DNA of 62,261 bases, filler included, from Nemertoderma westbladi (taxonomy: Eukaryota; Animalia; Xenacoelomorpha), in assembly GCA_032718475.1 (NCBI GenBank). It is 3 parts of 3 records of this genome, joined end to end, with 100 filler letters (N's around TTAATTAATTAA, not from the genome) between each part and the next. Parts side by side here need not be neighbours in the genome. Positions count along the whole stretch, not along the records: positions 22,670 to 44,477 come from JAUCBJ010002203.1; 2 more parts are not named here. One strand, written 5' to 3'. Shown here piece after piece: positions 23,613 through 36,360 of this stretch; the stretch's first letter is position 1; each line of letters begins with the position of its first letter. Made by a program: the position numbers and the translations under genes. The notes under the pieces are model-generated. The model saw nothing but the letters and a program-made list of their open reading frames with translations, searched no databases and was not told the origin of the DNA.

Positions 23613-26532
23613 TTAAAGCCCTGGAGAAACCCGTGGGGGTGAAAAGACTGTAGGCGGCAATAACATTTATTTTATAATACATTACGTGGAATTTAACGAC
23701 CTCTTTAAAACTCACATTTCCTCACCTAACTTATTGTTATATCTAGGTATTTGTCGGTATAGGCCGGTGTTAGCTAGGCTTAGCTCGGTATACCTTTTAC
23801 CAGCCATTGTATATGTCAGTACGTTGGTATACTGTAGGTCTGCATTGCAATTGTTATAACGCGGTTTACATTATAGTAGCCATTTAATAGGTCGGTGTAG
23901 GTCGATATACCTTTTAGTACTGTAGGTACCTACCTACTGTACTCATTCACTTGTATTTCTGCCAATTACGAGTCCCGCCCTAATCGATAGGCTGACGTCA
24001 GAAATACTAAATCAATGCAAACTACTATTCCACAGCCTCCCAAATATGGAAAAGGTATAATAACATGTATTTTACAAAATAATGAGATATCTCATGAAAG
24101 TTTTTATTGGCGATGTTATCTTCTCAATTATAAAATTCAAATTACATTTGTTTACTTTCACTATATAGTTAGAAAGCAAAGCGTTGGTAATCACACATAC
24201 AGTAGATCTATTTATATCTATGCGGAAAACAGGCATAATCTTGGCCATTAAATGATTATTGTGATTGCTCTTAGCAATGCGGTGTTGGCTATTTATTTTG
24301 TAACATAGCGTATCAACTCACATTTGGGATGAGCAGCGGCCTCGAGGCGATGCCTGTGTGTGTGCGTCGGCATGAATTTTGTCACGTATTGATTTATGAA
24401 AGCTGCTTATCAATTGGTTAGACAATAATGAGTAATATTGTGTGGTTGGTCGTTATTATCAGATCTTTTGATAGCAGCTTTTGAATGAATAATAAGAAAT
24501 ATAGGGTTTCCCAGTGGGCAGACACGATATGGGATTTCGAACCAACTAATCTATATCATTATCATTCAAACGTTTAATTGAAAAAGACAAAATTTAATAC
24601 GTTAATGAAATTGATTTACAACATCCTCTAAACAAAATTAATTGACAATTGTAATACTGTACTAATAATGTAGTAAAATCGTGGTGTAAAATCAGAAATT
24701 AAATTTATTTGTGTAGATATTTTTATATCTGTTGAATACACCTCGCTTATGATCACTGCTGTAATTACATTGTTAGTTGTAAGTTGGTAAATAAAACGAA
24801 GAGGGCTCTCGCTTTACTATGCACAGCGCCAACTTGTTCGTGGGGCATTCGCGCAGCACGAGGCTCAGTTATGAGATACAAATTTTATTATGATATTAAT
24901 ACGATACATATATTTTAGGCGTGGAGGCGACCCAATTTGTAAGAAATATTAAAACTGCCGATTGTCCCGATATATTAATTTACCATGTCAACGCCTCAAC
25001 GAAATTATTTAGCCACGTTTAAATACTCAGCCAATCATTTCGCGCAGATAAACAATAAGCAACCTGTCTTATTAATCTTTGCTTGAGTAGTGGTGATGTG
25101 GGACTGGTTGAACTGGTTCCCAACTAGAAGGACTAGACCAACTAGAACTTTGCGTATTGCCACTATTAGGAGGGAAGGCCGGATTTAGGATTAAGATGTT
25201 TCTAAGAGAAATTCTACACATAAAAGTGTGTAACGCCATCGTAACAAGAAAATACCTGATTTATTGGATAATTATTATGTGGACTATTATTATATGTAAC
25301 ATGTAAGAACAATGTAAATGTAAACATGTAAGAACAATTTAAATGCAAACATGTAATTGACCCTGAATTGATTTCTTTTTAAATTGATAATAACCATATT
25401 TGAATTGGGAGAATTATTTTAGGATATTTTTTTTTTATTTAGGAGATTATTTTCTCATTACCTAGGGTACAGGTCAATTCATATTCATCTTCAATTCTGT
25501 CATTCAATATATTTCCCATATTTCATTATTTTACAACATTGGGAACACGTAAAATGAATAGGTTTCTAATAATAGTACAATTCACAGTGCAACTTAGTTT
25601 GATGATGTATTTCTCATAGTTGCCCCGGTAACCGGATTTCATAAATACCCCATCGGATTCTCCGATAGTAATTTGGGTGGGGTAGAATTCCGTAGGATTA
25701 TAGGAAAGGGGTGATTTATATGACTTACAGTTCCCATGGTGAAATGGTCTTTTTAACTAAGTTCCAACAACCAAGCTCCTCCAATTGTTCCTTCCATTTT
25801 TATTTATTACAGTAGCCCTACACTACACTACACATTACACGTCTTAATAATGCATTATTTCCTCGCCGTAACCATTTTTGCATTTAACAACATAAATCTT
25901 ATCAATAAACGCAACATAATGAACCAATTTACAACTCAATTATCAATGAATTACGGTCATTAAAGTAATGTGTTGAGTAATCAGTAATACATACAGTAAG
26001 TTAACTGGATTTGGGTAATGTAATACATACATATTATACAAAACGTATGTATAGCATAAATGGCGGTATTTACTTGTCTGTTCACTTTTTTACAGTTATG
26101 GCACATTTATTAATATTGGCCCTCATCAAATATGACTTAATTATTTACAGGAAAACAACATTTTATAATTATTATGACTACAGTATTAAAGCAAAATGTA
26201 GTTAATAGCTTAAAATAAATTTGATATTTTTTTAAGGTTATTAAAATTGATATTATATTATTATTTACTTTATTTATTGCCTGAAGATAACTTTTAGTTT
26301 GAAATGCTTTGAAATTTAACTACATATTTTAATATTAATTTTATTTACATTAATTTTGAGATATCGTACTAATTAATAAATTAACAAACATTATTAACTG
26401 AATTAAAATTATTAACTGAATCTAAGAAACTTTTATTTGTATAGAAAAATAAATAAATTGTCATAAATAAATTAAATTAATTGTATATAATATTTAATAT
26501 AATATTGGGAAAGATATCAAAACTCAAATTAC

Positions 26533-27270
26533 ATGGCCGAGGAAAGAAATATATTTATAATAGAGACAAGGAAGGCCCTATCGGGTATTACACGGAATGA
26601 GGCTATAAAGGTGTACGGCGATGTCGCTAAATTATACAACAAACATCAGTTGGATATGGGTGAAGATTATGTATACGGGATTCAATGCGCTAACTATGTG
26701 AAACGGCGTGTAGCTCATACAAACGGGAACGCTGTGGTGTTGGACCTAGGTTGCGGACCAGGTTGCGTTGGTGATAGGTTATCGGTGATGGGATTCAGTG
26801 GAATGTTGCATGGTATGGATGCGAGTCCGGAGATGATAGAGATAGCAAAAGGGAAATCCGTGTACCGGAAGACATGGGTTGGTATCTTTGACGACAACTA
26901 CAACTGTATCCCGGATAATTTCTATGATATTGTCTTGCTAAGTGGAAGTTTCGTTTACGGTTGTATCGATTGGAAATCATTGCCGCAAATAATACGGATA
27001 ACCAAAGTGAAGGGGTGGGTTGGGATTGTGTCGCCGACTGATCGCATGTTGATGAAAACCATCCAAGGAACACTGCAAGGTCATCTGTATACCCATATAG
27101 CTAACGGGAACTGGACTCAGTTAGAACACATTCTAATCCCGCAAGATAATTGCACTCATAATGAATCGGCTTCTTGTTATTTGTTTGAAATCAATGTGCG
27201 TGAGCCAAGCTATAATGGTGTAGATGACATTCAGAATACGTTAAACCTCCCACATTACGGCCCTCAGTAA
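26533..27270 (+). CDS. METTL27-like: Class I SAM-dependent methyltransferase, METTL27/WBSCR27-like, intronless
   Basis: Motif I VLDLGCGPG. GMDASPEMIEIAKGKSVY and YDIVLLSGSF...LPQIIRITKVKGWV follow the WBSCR27 pattern. Confidence 0.8.
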   Translation: MAEERNIFIIETRKALSGITRNEAIKVYGDVAKLYNKHQLDMGEDYVYGIQCANYVKRRVAHTNGNAVVLDLGCGPGCVGDRLSVMGFSGMLHGMDASPEMIEIAKGKSVYRKTWVGIFDDNYNCIPDNFYDIVLLSGSFVYGCIDWKSLPQIIRITKVKGWVGIVSPTDRMLMKTIQGTLQGHLYTHIANGNWTQLEHILIPQDNCTHNESASCYLFEINVREPSYNGVDDIQNTLNLPHYGPQ

Positions 27271-27649
27271 TTACTTTCATACAACGCAAGGACACACAAG
27301 GACCATAACATAACATAACACAAGGACATTCTTAAATTGTTACAACTTTTTTCGCGAAAATACACAAAAATCGGGAGAAAAATGAGTAATATTTTCCTTT
27401 TGTAAGGAAAAAAATGGGATTGAATGAATTTACTTTTTTCACGGTGAAAAATGTAGAATGATAGATTTTTGGTGGAATTTCTTGAATTTTTTTATTACAT
27501 CGACTTATAAAAGTTCAATCCATGCACGCACTCAAAAGTTATGGCAAATTTAGTGTAGGCAAGACATTCTCCGAAACTGAACACAATATACAATAGTGGT
27601 TTATGTGTTAAGTGGGTCTCTAGTTACCTAATAAATATTCGAGAACACT

Positions 27650-28025
27650 AAATTATTTAACATTGAGTAAGGCAGCATCATGAGTTGAAGAGTTAAATAA
27701 TTTGAATCGCAGTAACTATGGAAGTAGGCCTACAAGTAATGTAGTAAAATACTGCAGTTCATTTCATTTTAAAACGCTATTAACCGATTTTAACTTTTAC
27801 TCCTTTACTTATATCAACTTTGTGTCTGTTTTTATTCGTGCTGTGCACTTTTACTTCATAATTAAATATGTCAATTATATTTGATTATAAACAATGAATA
27901 ATAATAATACTCTAAGATAAAAGAAAAATAACCAACAAAAAGTACCAATTTAAAAATACGTTTACGTATTACATGGAAAAAACATAAAACGTTTCTCAAT
28001 ATACTGTAGACCCTTTATTAACCTT
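27650..28025 (+). repeat. Dispersed repeat fragment, also present at ~50735-51010
   Basis: Shared aaattatttaacattgagtaaggcagcatca, aaaagtaccaattta and gaccctttattaac blocks. Confidence 0.6.
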
Positions 28026-28035
28026 TCTGCATTCC

Positions 28036-28150
28036 ATGTATACATATTTTGCTACACTTCCTGTCTCTACTGCCACAGCTGAACAGAGCTTCTCAGCATT
28101 GAAACTGTTAAAAACATATTTACATAGTACAATGTGCGAAATGACTCTAC
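28036..28150 (+). pseudogene. hAT transposase C-terminal dimerisation-domain fragment
   Basis: FATLPVSTATAEQSFSALKLLKTYLHSTM matches the hAT LP.S.A..ERSFS.LK..KT.LRSTM motif. Confidence 0.8.
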
Positions 28151-28897
28151 AGTGCTTTATTATTATTAATTCCTTTCGTACACATTGCAAAAAAAATAAA
28201 ATGGGTACAGCGATAATAACATAGGATAAGCGATAATAACAATAACATAACATAGCACAAAGAAATATGTAATAGGATAACAGATCGAGTTGGTAGGGCT
28301 GGTTGACACAAATTTCTGATCAAGTTCTTTGATACCAACAAGTGTAATTAAACTGTTTAGAAATCGAATTTGAACTGACATTATTATTATTTTCTATATT
28401 TATTTATTGACTAAATGCGACAAAGACAAATTCGTTACACACAAACAAAACATATTAAATTGACAACAATTAAACAAATTAACAAAATAAACCATGTGCC
28501 GGCGTATTTAAAAATACGGTAGTTAATATTTCTTTTTCTTTTCTTATTTAGTCCATCATAAATTATACTATTCATTGTTTACTGCTGTTAAATGCTTAAT
28601 CAAATTTTTACTTTCGTACAAACTACAAACATAACAAACACCTTAACAAAAACTTAGGGTTTAAAACCAAATATTAATAAACAAATCCAAAATTACAAAA
28701 GTTTTAATTGTTCTAAAACTTTAGTAATAAATTTAGCAATATTTTTTTATAGTTCAGTATTTAGTTTATTATTATTATATATATTATTATTATTTAGTTT
28801 AATAGTTCAGTTTCATAAATTAATTCCGCCATATTATTAGAACTCATAGACGGGCAAGTCAAAAATTCCGTGCGTACTGTATCTGTGTGAGGTGCAT

Positions 28898-29765
28898 TCA
28901 AACGAACATGTGATTCTGTATAGATGTTTTCGTCGCAACAGCTACAGACTCTTTCCTGCGTGGAGTTCTACTCCACCGCCCAATCTCAACTCTTTGTCTA
29001 TGAGAACTTAACCGAAAACGACTAAAATTATCACTTATTACATTACATTTATTACAGATGTGTTTCAGATTTGCCCCTGAACGAGACCTACAATCAAATA
29101 AACACAATGTGGCTAAAAATTTAATAGAGGGCTTATTGCACAGTAAAAGTGAATGGGCAAAATCAATAAAGCGACTAGTCAGCATACTAAAGGGGTGCAC
29201 ATTGGGGGTTAAACCCTCAACTACAAATCGATGGGTATTATTGACAGGCAATCCCCAAGTTAGTCGAACATTAATTAGCTTTAACACCACACCTGACCAT
29301 AAAGCCCATAAAGAACCGCCATAAAAACCAGTAGTGTAAAACGTTGCAATATCGATAATGTATGAGGATGAAGAAAGTAAAATTGTTTACGTAAACTTAC
29401 TAACTTAGCAATAAATTTACTATTTGTAAGAAAAATATCACCACCAACTTTACATTAAAAAATAAAAATGTTACCAAGATGGGAGGACAAGACAATGGAG
29501 CACCATTCAACATGATATTGCACCAAGGAGGGCACCAATTGAAAACAAAAGGGATACATTTATTTTAATCTTACCAGGATCAATATTTGTACTAAACAAC
29601 AAATTTAGCAAAATCACTACATAAACCAACCAAACATTGTAATCCAATAACTGACAGGCATAACAGTAGTATATCATCTGCATAAACCATAACCCCAAAA
29701 TAATAAGATCCATTATGACAGCCTATTCTAGAATTCCTTAGATGCAAAATAATTGAGTTCAGGAT
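28898..29765 (-). mobile_element. Decayed non-LTR retrotransposon RT fragment (L2/CR1 supergroup)
   Basis: GCHNGSYYFGVMVYADDILLL (RT YADD motif) and downstream FYGGSLW; multiple frameshifts. Confidence 0.75.
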
Positions 29766-29779
29766 GACACAGAAGAGCA

Positions 29780-31020
29780 ACGTGGAAGCAACGGACCCAT
29801 GGTGAACACAATTAGAAATCGCAAAGAAATCTGAGATAGATGAATGGCCCCAATAACCAACAGAGTTCTCAAAAATAAAGGAACTTCTAGAAAGAGTTTA
29901 TCCCATTCGAATAAATTAATCAGATAAAACGATGACAAGGTGGCCTCATCTAGAGGATCTGAAGGAACAACTAGACTACCCAGAAGTAGACATTCATCAT
30001 ATTGTAATGATAATTGGCGTGAATGTTCCTATGGCACACTATCGCAAACAGCAACGTCGGGGTAATCCTTTTAAAAACAAACCCTTTGCAATAGAAACCA
30101 TCTTCGGTTGGTGTCTAGCCGGCCCCAAGAAAGCTAATGTAATGCTAGAACGTCGTTGTGCAGCACTATCTAATTAATACAGCCGGACTTTGTAACGAGG
30201 ATGCAGTTATTTACGACTCTATCAATTCTCCATTAGTAACTGAACTGGATAAAGATCTAAACTGTCATCTATATCATTTCTGGTCAGTGGAGGGGCATTT
30301 AACACCCCATCAGAAATTACTCGGAGAACCCCAGAGGATAATCGTGTTGTGGAATTGCAAAAACAGATAGTGTTGTTGCCAGCCCTACCAAGCCCCGTTA
30401 CTATGGAAACTGGAACAACCCATACTAATCAATAACTATTTACTGACCCTAAGTAGACTCAATAGCTTACAGAAACGTTTTTTGAGAAACCAAGTGAAGA
30501 GGAAGGAATATCGAGAAATTCCTACAAACTAGACAAGGGATATGCAAGGGAGATGAACTCTAATGAACTGGTAAATTCTAGAACCACATTCTACCTACCT
30601 CACCACTATATAGTTAACCCCAACAAGGAGAAAATTAGAATCGTATTCGATGCAGCAGCAGTATACAAGGGGCAATCACTGAACTGCCAGTTGCTTGATG
30701 GACCATCTCAGAACAGTCTACTACTTGGAGTTCTAATTCGTTTTCGACTGGAGAAAGTAGCCTTTGACTGCGATATAGAGGCCATGTACTACCAGATAAA
30801 GGTCCCAGAAAATGATGTGGATAGCCTACTTTTTTTATTTTATGATGAGGGTAGGGAGAGTACGCCAGAGATATACCAGATGCTAGTAAATCCCTTCGGG
30901 GCCAAGTCCTCGCCAAGCAGCGTAAGCTAATGGCAATAAAAATATACTTTCAGAGGAGGCAATCAAAACCATACTAAAATACTTCTATGTTGATGATGGA
31001 ATGAAATCCTGCAGATGTTA
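29780..31020 (+). mobile_element. BEL/Pao LTR retrotransposon pol fragment (degenerate)
   Basis: WPHL...IIGVN...PFAIETIFGW; YLPHHYIVNPNKEKIRIVFDAAA...SLN...LLGVLIRFR...DIEAMYYQI...PFGAKSSP; FYVDDG near 30984. Confidence 0.9.
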
Positions 31021-31129
31021 CAAAACCGCACTTTTAATTAAGTCAATTTTGTCAGTCCCAAAACCAGTGCTATTGTAATAAGTAATAGAAAGTTTATTAG
31101 AAGAGTAATAAGAATGCAAATATTATAAA

Positions 31130-32060
31130 AAACTGAATGAGAAAATAATATACAATTGAGCAATAAAGTTACCTGACAAAACATGTACCATGTCTTATCA
31201 ACTACATTAGCCAGCTTTGGATAGTATACCCAAGCTCGCACACAAACACCATGGCCCCATAGGGAAGGATCCAAATACGGCTTCCAGCTGATGCGTGGGA
31301 ATTGCAAACCTAAAACTGGCCGTAGGAGCCTCAGCATGAGATGTCTTCCTAATACAGACCCAGTAACAGAGATACCGGCAGAAGCCAAGTCCTCAACTGT
31401 GTGTGGGTAATGTACTATTATCCATACGGGATACGAAAATATCCTTTGGTGTTGCTCCCGACTTACGAGATCCACTTGATTCTGAGTTCCTCCCCATACC
31501 GATTATGCAATCCCAGCGACACCATTCTTTGTGTCTGATTTCAGTGAAAGGAGTATTTGTACTCTATAGTTCCTTCTTCCTTGATCACATGCACAGGTAC
31601 TTCGTACACTGTATTCAGCCGTCGTCTCTTATTGCTTCCCAGGGTGGTGAGAGCTGTAAGCCAGTTCGCCACAACTGTCTCTGAGGTCTGAGCCGATCTG
31701 TGTATGTGGTGTGGACCCTGAGACTCTCATGCCTGGAAACTGGAAAGTCGAGATTCGTACTTGATCCTCGTGTCTTGGGCAGCGGACCACCAGTGCTTGT
31801 AGCTATAGCATATGCCACTTCGGTAATTTCCAGACTTCTAATGCATGTACAGCTTTCCTCAGTGATATTTCCAAAAACCAATATTTTTGGTTATTTTTTT
31901 GTTTATTTTTGACCCATTAATTAAAATTTCTGGCATTTAGCGGTCCAATATTGCTTTAGTAATGAGACATGTCCTCCATAGACAGTGTGGTAAACCTCCT
32001 TGCTCACGCAGTTTACTGTTCTATTGTGTAGGACAACAGGCCTTGGCCTTTACACTGATT
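31130..32060 (-). mobile_element. Possible decayed Gypsy/Ginger-type integrase remnant
   Basis: Minus-strand EVYHTVYGGH followed by a frameshifted K..KYW...CIRS pattern resembling the integrase HHCC region. Heavily degenerate. Confidence 0.3.
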
Positions 32061-32489
32061 TAATCGGCTGCCATATACTTATCACCTAATCAGGCATTAT
32101 ACATAGCCTCTATCTTTTGGCTTACAACAAGAGGACCCTTATTGTCACCTTATATGCCTTTACTGCAAGCAGGGATAGCCCTACTCTCTACCACCTTCTG
32201 AGCCACCATCACCCCGTGGTAGGTGGCTAATATTGATTTAATCTTCAAAACAGAAGCAATAAATCGTACTGGAAGTGACACAGAATATTCAACTAACCCA
32301 CCCCCACCCCCTCCCAGTTACAATTATAGTAAACCAAGTCATTACGAACCAAACTCCTAACATAGAAAACAAGCAATAACTCAATTAAGCCTTATAAATC
32401 TCTTCATTTATATTTACTATTGAATACTTCTATTGAATATAATATACTATACTATTGAATAATTATAACGTATTACTTAAATATCGAGG

Positions 32490-34270
32490 TTGAACTAACT
32501 AGACCTGTTATAGTAGTTGGGGATTTCAACTCCAGCAATATCGATTGGTCTACTTCTACAGCATCTGCTTCCTGCCCTTCCCGACCCACTGCACCACGTT
32601 TTATCTAGGCTGTATCCGAAAGAGACCTTACTCAACTCACATAGCTGGTGGCATATTGGATCTTCTTTTTGTGAGTAACCCCAAATTGATAGGAAATTTA
32701 GATATAGGAAAACGGTTTGGTATAAATGACACATGTAGTGATCGCTGTCATTACTGCTACCTTACCCTCTATTACCAATCCAAAGAAAGCTTCAAACAGA
32801 AGAAACTGGTCCAAAGCGAACTGGGATGAAATTTGCAGTTCAGCATCACAGATAACCTGACATGAAATTGTGAACCCCAACTTACCACCACAGACAAACC
32901 TTCAATCATTGGAGTTTATTCTTAACTCAGTCATAGAAGATTGTGTTCCCTGTTTTAAACCCCTGAAACCTAAAGAGCATCCCTCAAGCAAAAAACTGCT
33001 TCGGAGATTACACCATACAAAATCTAAATTGGGAAGTACTTCAGATCCCACGCACATAGCTCAACTGCAACATAATCTAACTGTACTGAATTCTGCCCTA
33101 GAGTCTACATATCTTGCAAGTCAGCTCCAGTGGGAAGATAGAATACTTAGACAAAATAATTCTAAACATTTTTGGTGATACACGAAATCACACTTACACA
33201 GTCAGACTACTGTTCTAGCCATGGAAGACTGCAACAATGTACCTATTGTGGGTGATATTGAGCGTGCTTATCTCATAAACAACACACCCAAAGCATCCTT
33301 CACGAATGAAAAATGGTCTGAAACCCCCTCCAGCATCATATCATCCCCCAGGCTCTAAATTATCTTCTGTAGCTTTTCATACTCTGGATGTTTATAAAAT
33401 CCTTTCAAAGCTTCCCACTTCGCAGCTTCGCAGCTGGTCCAGATGGAATCCCTGCAATTCTACTATGTCAATTTTGTATTTGGTTATCTGATCCACTCAC
33501 GTGTTTATTCCAGCAGTTTTTCGACCAAGGTCTCGTCCCATCAAGATGGAGATTAGCTCATATTGTGCCAGCCGATATATGAGAAGAAAGGTTCCAGATC
33601 TGACCAACTTAACTATCACCCCATATCCTTGTTGTCATTGTTAGTTAAACTTATGGAAACAATAATCAGGAACACAATGCTGTCTTCTCTTTTAAGTATC
33701 AAGGCAATTAGTACCCATCAACATGTTTTATTGCAGAAAAGATCAACATTCACACAACTTTTAGATTGTAATCTGGACTGGGCTAACTTTCGAAATAGGG
33801 GCATCCCTGTTGATATAATTTATACAGATTTTAAACGACCATTTGATAAGGTCTCACACCAGAAGCTATTGATAAAACTAAAATTTTATGGTATATCCGA
33901 CAACTTACTGGTTTGATTAACTGCATTTCTCTCTGACTGGTACCAACAAACAGTCATTAACGGTGCATTATCCACCCCCATTCATGATACCAGTGGTGTT
34001 CCTCCAAGGAGCATTATTGCCCCACTCTTATTCATCATGTTTATCAACGACATTTCATCTGGAACTCTGATCAAAATATATGCTGATGATACCAAGCTAT
34101 ACATACCAATACTCAGTTCAAATGATTCTAATATACTGCACCATGATGTAAATTCCATTTTAGAATGGTCGCAAACATGGCAAATGGAATTCAACATCCC
34201 AAAATGTTCAGTGGTATCACTCCAAGCAGCACGGGTTGTAAATAATCGAGTATATCACATCCTTGATTGT
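32490..34270 (+). mobile_element. Decayed CR1-like LINE (end of APE endonuclease plus RT)
   Basis: VVGDFN, LDLLFVSN, GPDGIP, KKGSRSDQLNYHPISLLS, YTDFKRPFDKVSH, IYADDTKLY and WQMEFNIPKC across frameshifts. Confidence 0.9.
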
Positions 34271-35048
34271 GCGAATTTTAACGTGAATTTTAACTGGCAC
34301 TAATCGCTATTTCTTGACTGTTTCTCGATTGATTATAATCTTGTTTGAATCATAATTAGGGCAAATTAATACAGTATATTAGGCTAATTCTATGTAAATC
34401 AGTAGAGTAACTATAGTTAGTGTTACGAATTCTGGAATATAAATTAAATTAGTTAGCAATCTGTATAAATTGATTTAGGGTAGCTCCATACAACTTAGGC
34501 AAGTCATGAACAGTAAGCTGCATAGCGGAGAATAGACTAGATTGGTGTATTTGTAAATAATTATAATGATTAGTCTACGCTAGGCGGTTGTCCGTATAGG
34601 GGGGTGGGTGGAGATTCGCCAGTTTTATAGACCTTTAGAAGTACAATACGCAGTAAACTCACTGACCAAAAGTCAGACACCCAGACAGATTCACCACTCG
34701 TTTTAATTGATTTAATTAAAAATATTCTCCAAACAAATATTGGATTGCCTAGCGAATTACATCGCGTCCTTGACAGTTAGCAGATGGACCGAGTGTTTAT
34801 GATTACCTGCACTCGTGTTTGAAACTTAGGAAGTCGAAACAGGTTACTGTTTTGGTTAGCTTGTGTTCGGCTTCGTTTGTGATAAGAACACGTCGGGTTT
34901 TGATATTGCCGATAAGGATAATTACGCGGATATATTATTATGGTAGTATATTTGTGGATTTATTAACATTATATAACTTCTCAAAAGGTCGAATATATCC
35001 CATCATTGCAATATGATCGAGCAAGGTCGTTTTCTTTTTATATCTATC

Positions 35049-35492
35049 TCACTTTGGTCTTAGAAACATAATGCCTCCCCCCAATTTATCGAGAGTTTTT
35101 GTCCGAAACTTTGAAAGAGCTGGGCAGTTTTTGTCTTCAAGCTGATCTTCATGGCAGTTACGAATAGAGGACAGAGCCCTCTTTGTACCGCGGGGCACTT
35201 GTGGTGTTGTTGGAATTAAACTAGGCCGGATGCACTCAAACACACTTGGGGGTGAGCAGGGTGTTCTTTACCATAAACGAGAACCTCATTTCGAAATTCT
35301 TTGGCCAATGCTTGATGCACACAGCTGTGATGTGTACTTGGTATCCACGGTATTGTCTCTTGGAATAGCTACCAACAAATGGGATTGTTCTACAGCATCC
35401 TTCGGAAGTTTATATACTGCAACAGTTTCTGTTGTCTTTTCTTTCCCAAGGTAATTTGATGTACAGTTCGTAACATAGCACTTCAGAGGCAT
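35049..35492 (-). pseudogene. THAP zinc-finger N-terminus of a P-element/THAP9- or Kolobok-type transposase (frameshifted remnant)
   Basis: MPLKCYVTNCTSNY...YKLPKD...AIPR...C, then PSVFECIRPS in another frame; the C2CH THAP pattern. Confidence 0.7.
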
Positions 35493-36243
35493 TGATTAAA
35501 TGAAAGTGATCGATATGATTATTTATATACATAAACTCAAGAGTTCACAAGACATTGCCACTGCTATCTGACTATACCCAAAATCCGGTGTAACAGATAA
35601 TTTTCATTCCCCACCCATGGTGTATTTTAACTCCCTCCAGCGAAAACTCACCCCTGCATTTATAAATTTTCACTGTGCATATCCACCCCCAGTTAAATTT
35701 CCCAAGTGTATTCTCACTCCCAGTGTATTTTTCCAAATGTGTTTTAGCTCACTCTAGTGAAAATCACATTATTGAATATCTTATATATATATATATATAT
35801 ATACCTTATTGAATATTGGCCATGTGACTTCCTTAAGCCCAGTCTTCTACAGTACTTTACTATATACAAATCTCCAGCCTGTGGTTGTATGTGTACTAGA
35901 GGTATCTGTGGTCGTTTGTTTGCTTAACTGTAGGCTTATATCGAATTTAAATTAATATTGAAATTTAAAATATCAAGGGGGTAAGAATACACTGAGAGGG
36001 TTTAAATTTCACTAAAATATCACCCAGTTTCACCCCCCGGTTAAAATACCATAATTACCTAATAAAAAAATACCCTTATTAATATCACCTGGGAGCAATA
36101 CTCGAGCTGAATATCTATTTATTTGTACTTTCCTCCTGTTTCACTCTAACATACTTGAGGCTGGTAGGTCCGCTGTTAGAGATAGGATATGCAACTTAAG
36201 ACTGCCTGTTCAATAGAAGTGGATTAGGTGAGAGAGTGAATGT

Positions 36244-36360
36244 CAGGGACAAGTGGCTGAACTGGTTAGCGCTACTGATGAGGCCTGATAGGCTGAGGTT
36301 CAACCCCCGGAGACACGCTTTCTCATTTTTTCCATTTCTGAACAAAACCATAATATTACA
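36244..36360 (+). mobile_element. tRNA-like/hammerhead element family 1, copy with a partly deleted ribozyme
   Basis: Near-identical to 39287-39420 but lacks aacgtacgtatagcgct (rest of GAAA, stem III, cleavage site, stem I 3' strand). It retains AGCGCTA-CTGATGA-GGCCTGATAGGCT-GA. Confidence 0.8.
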
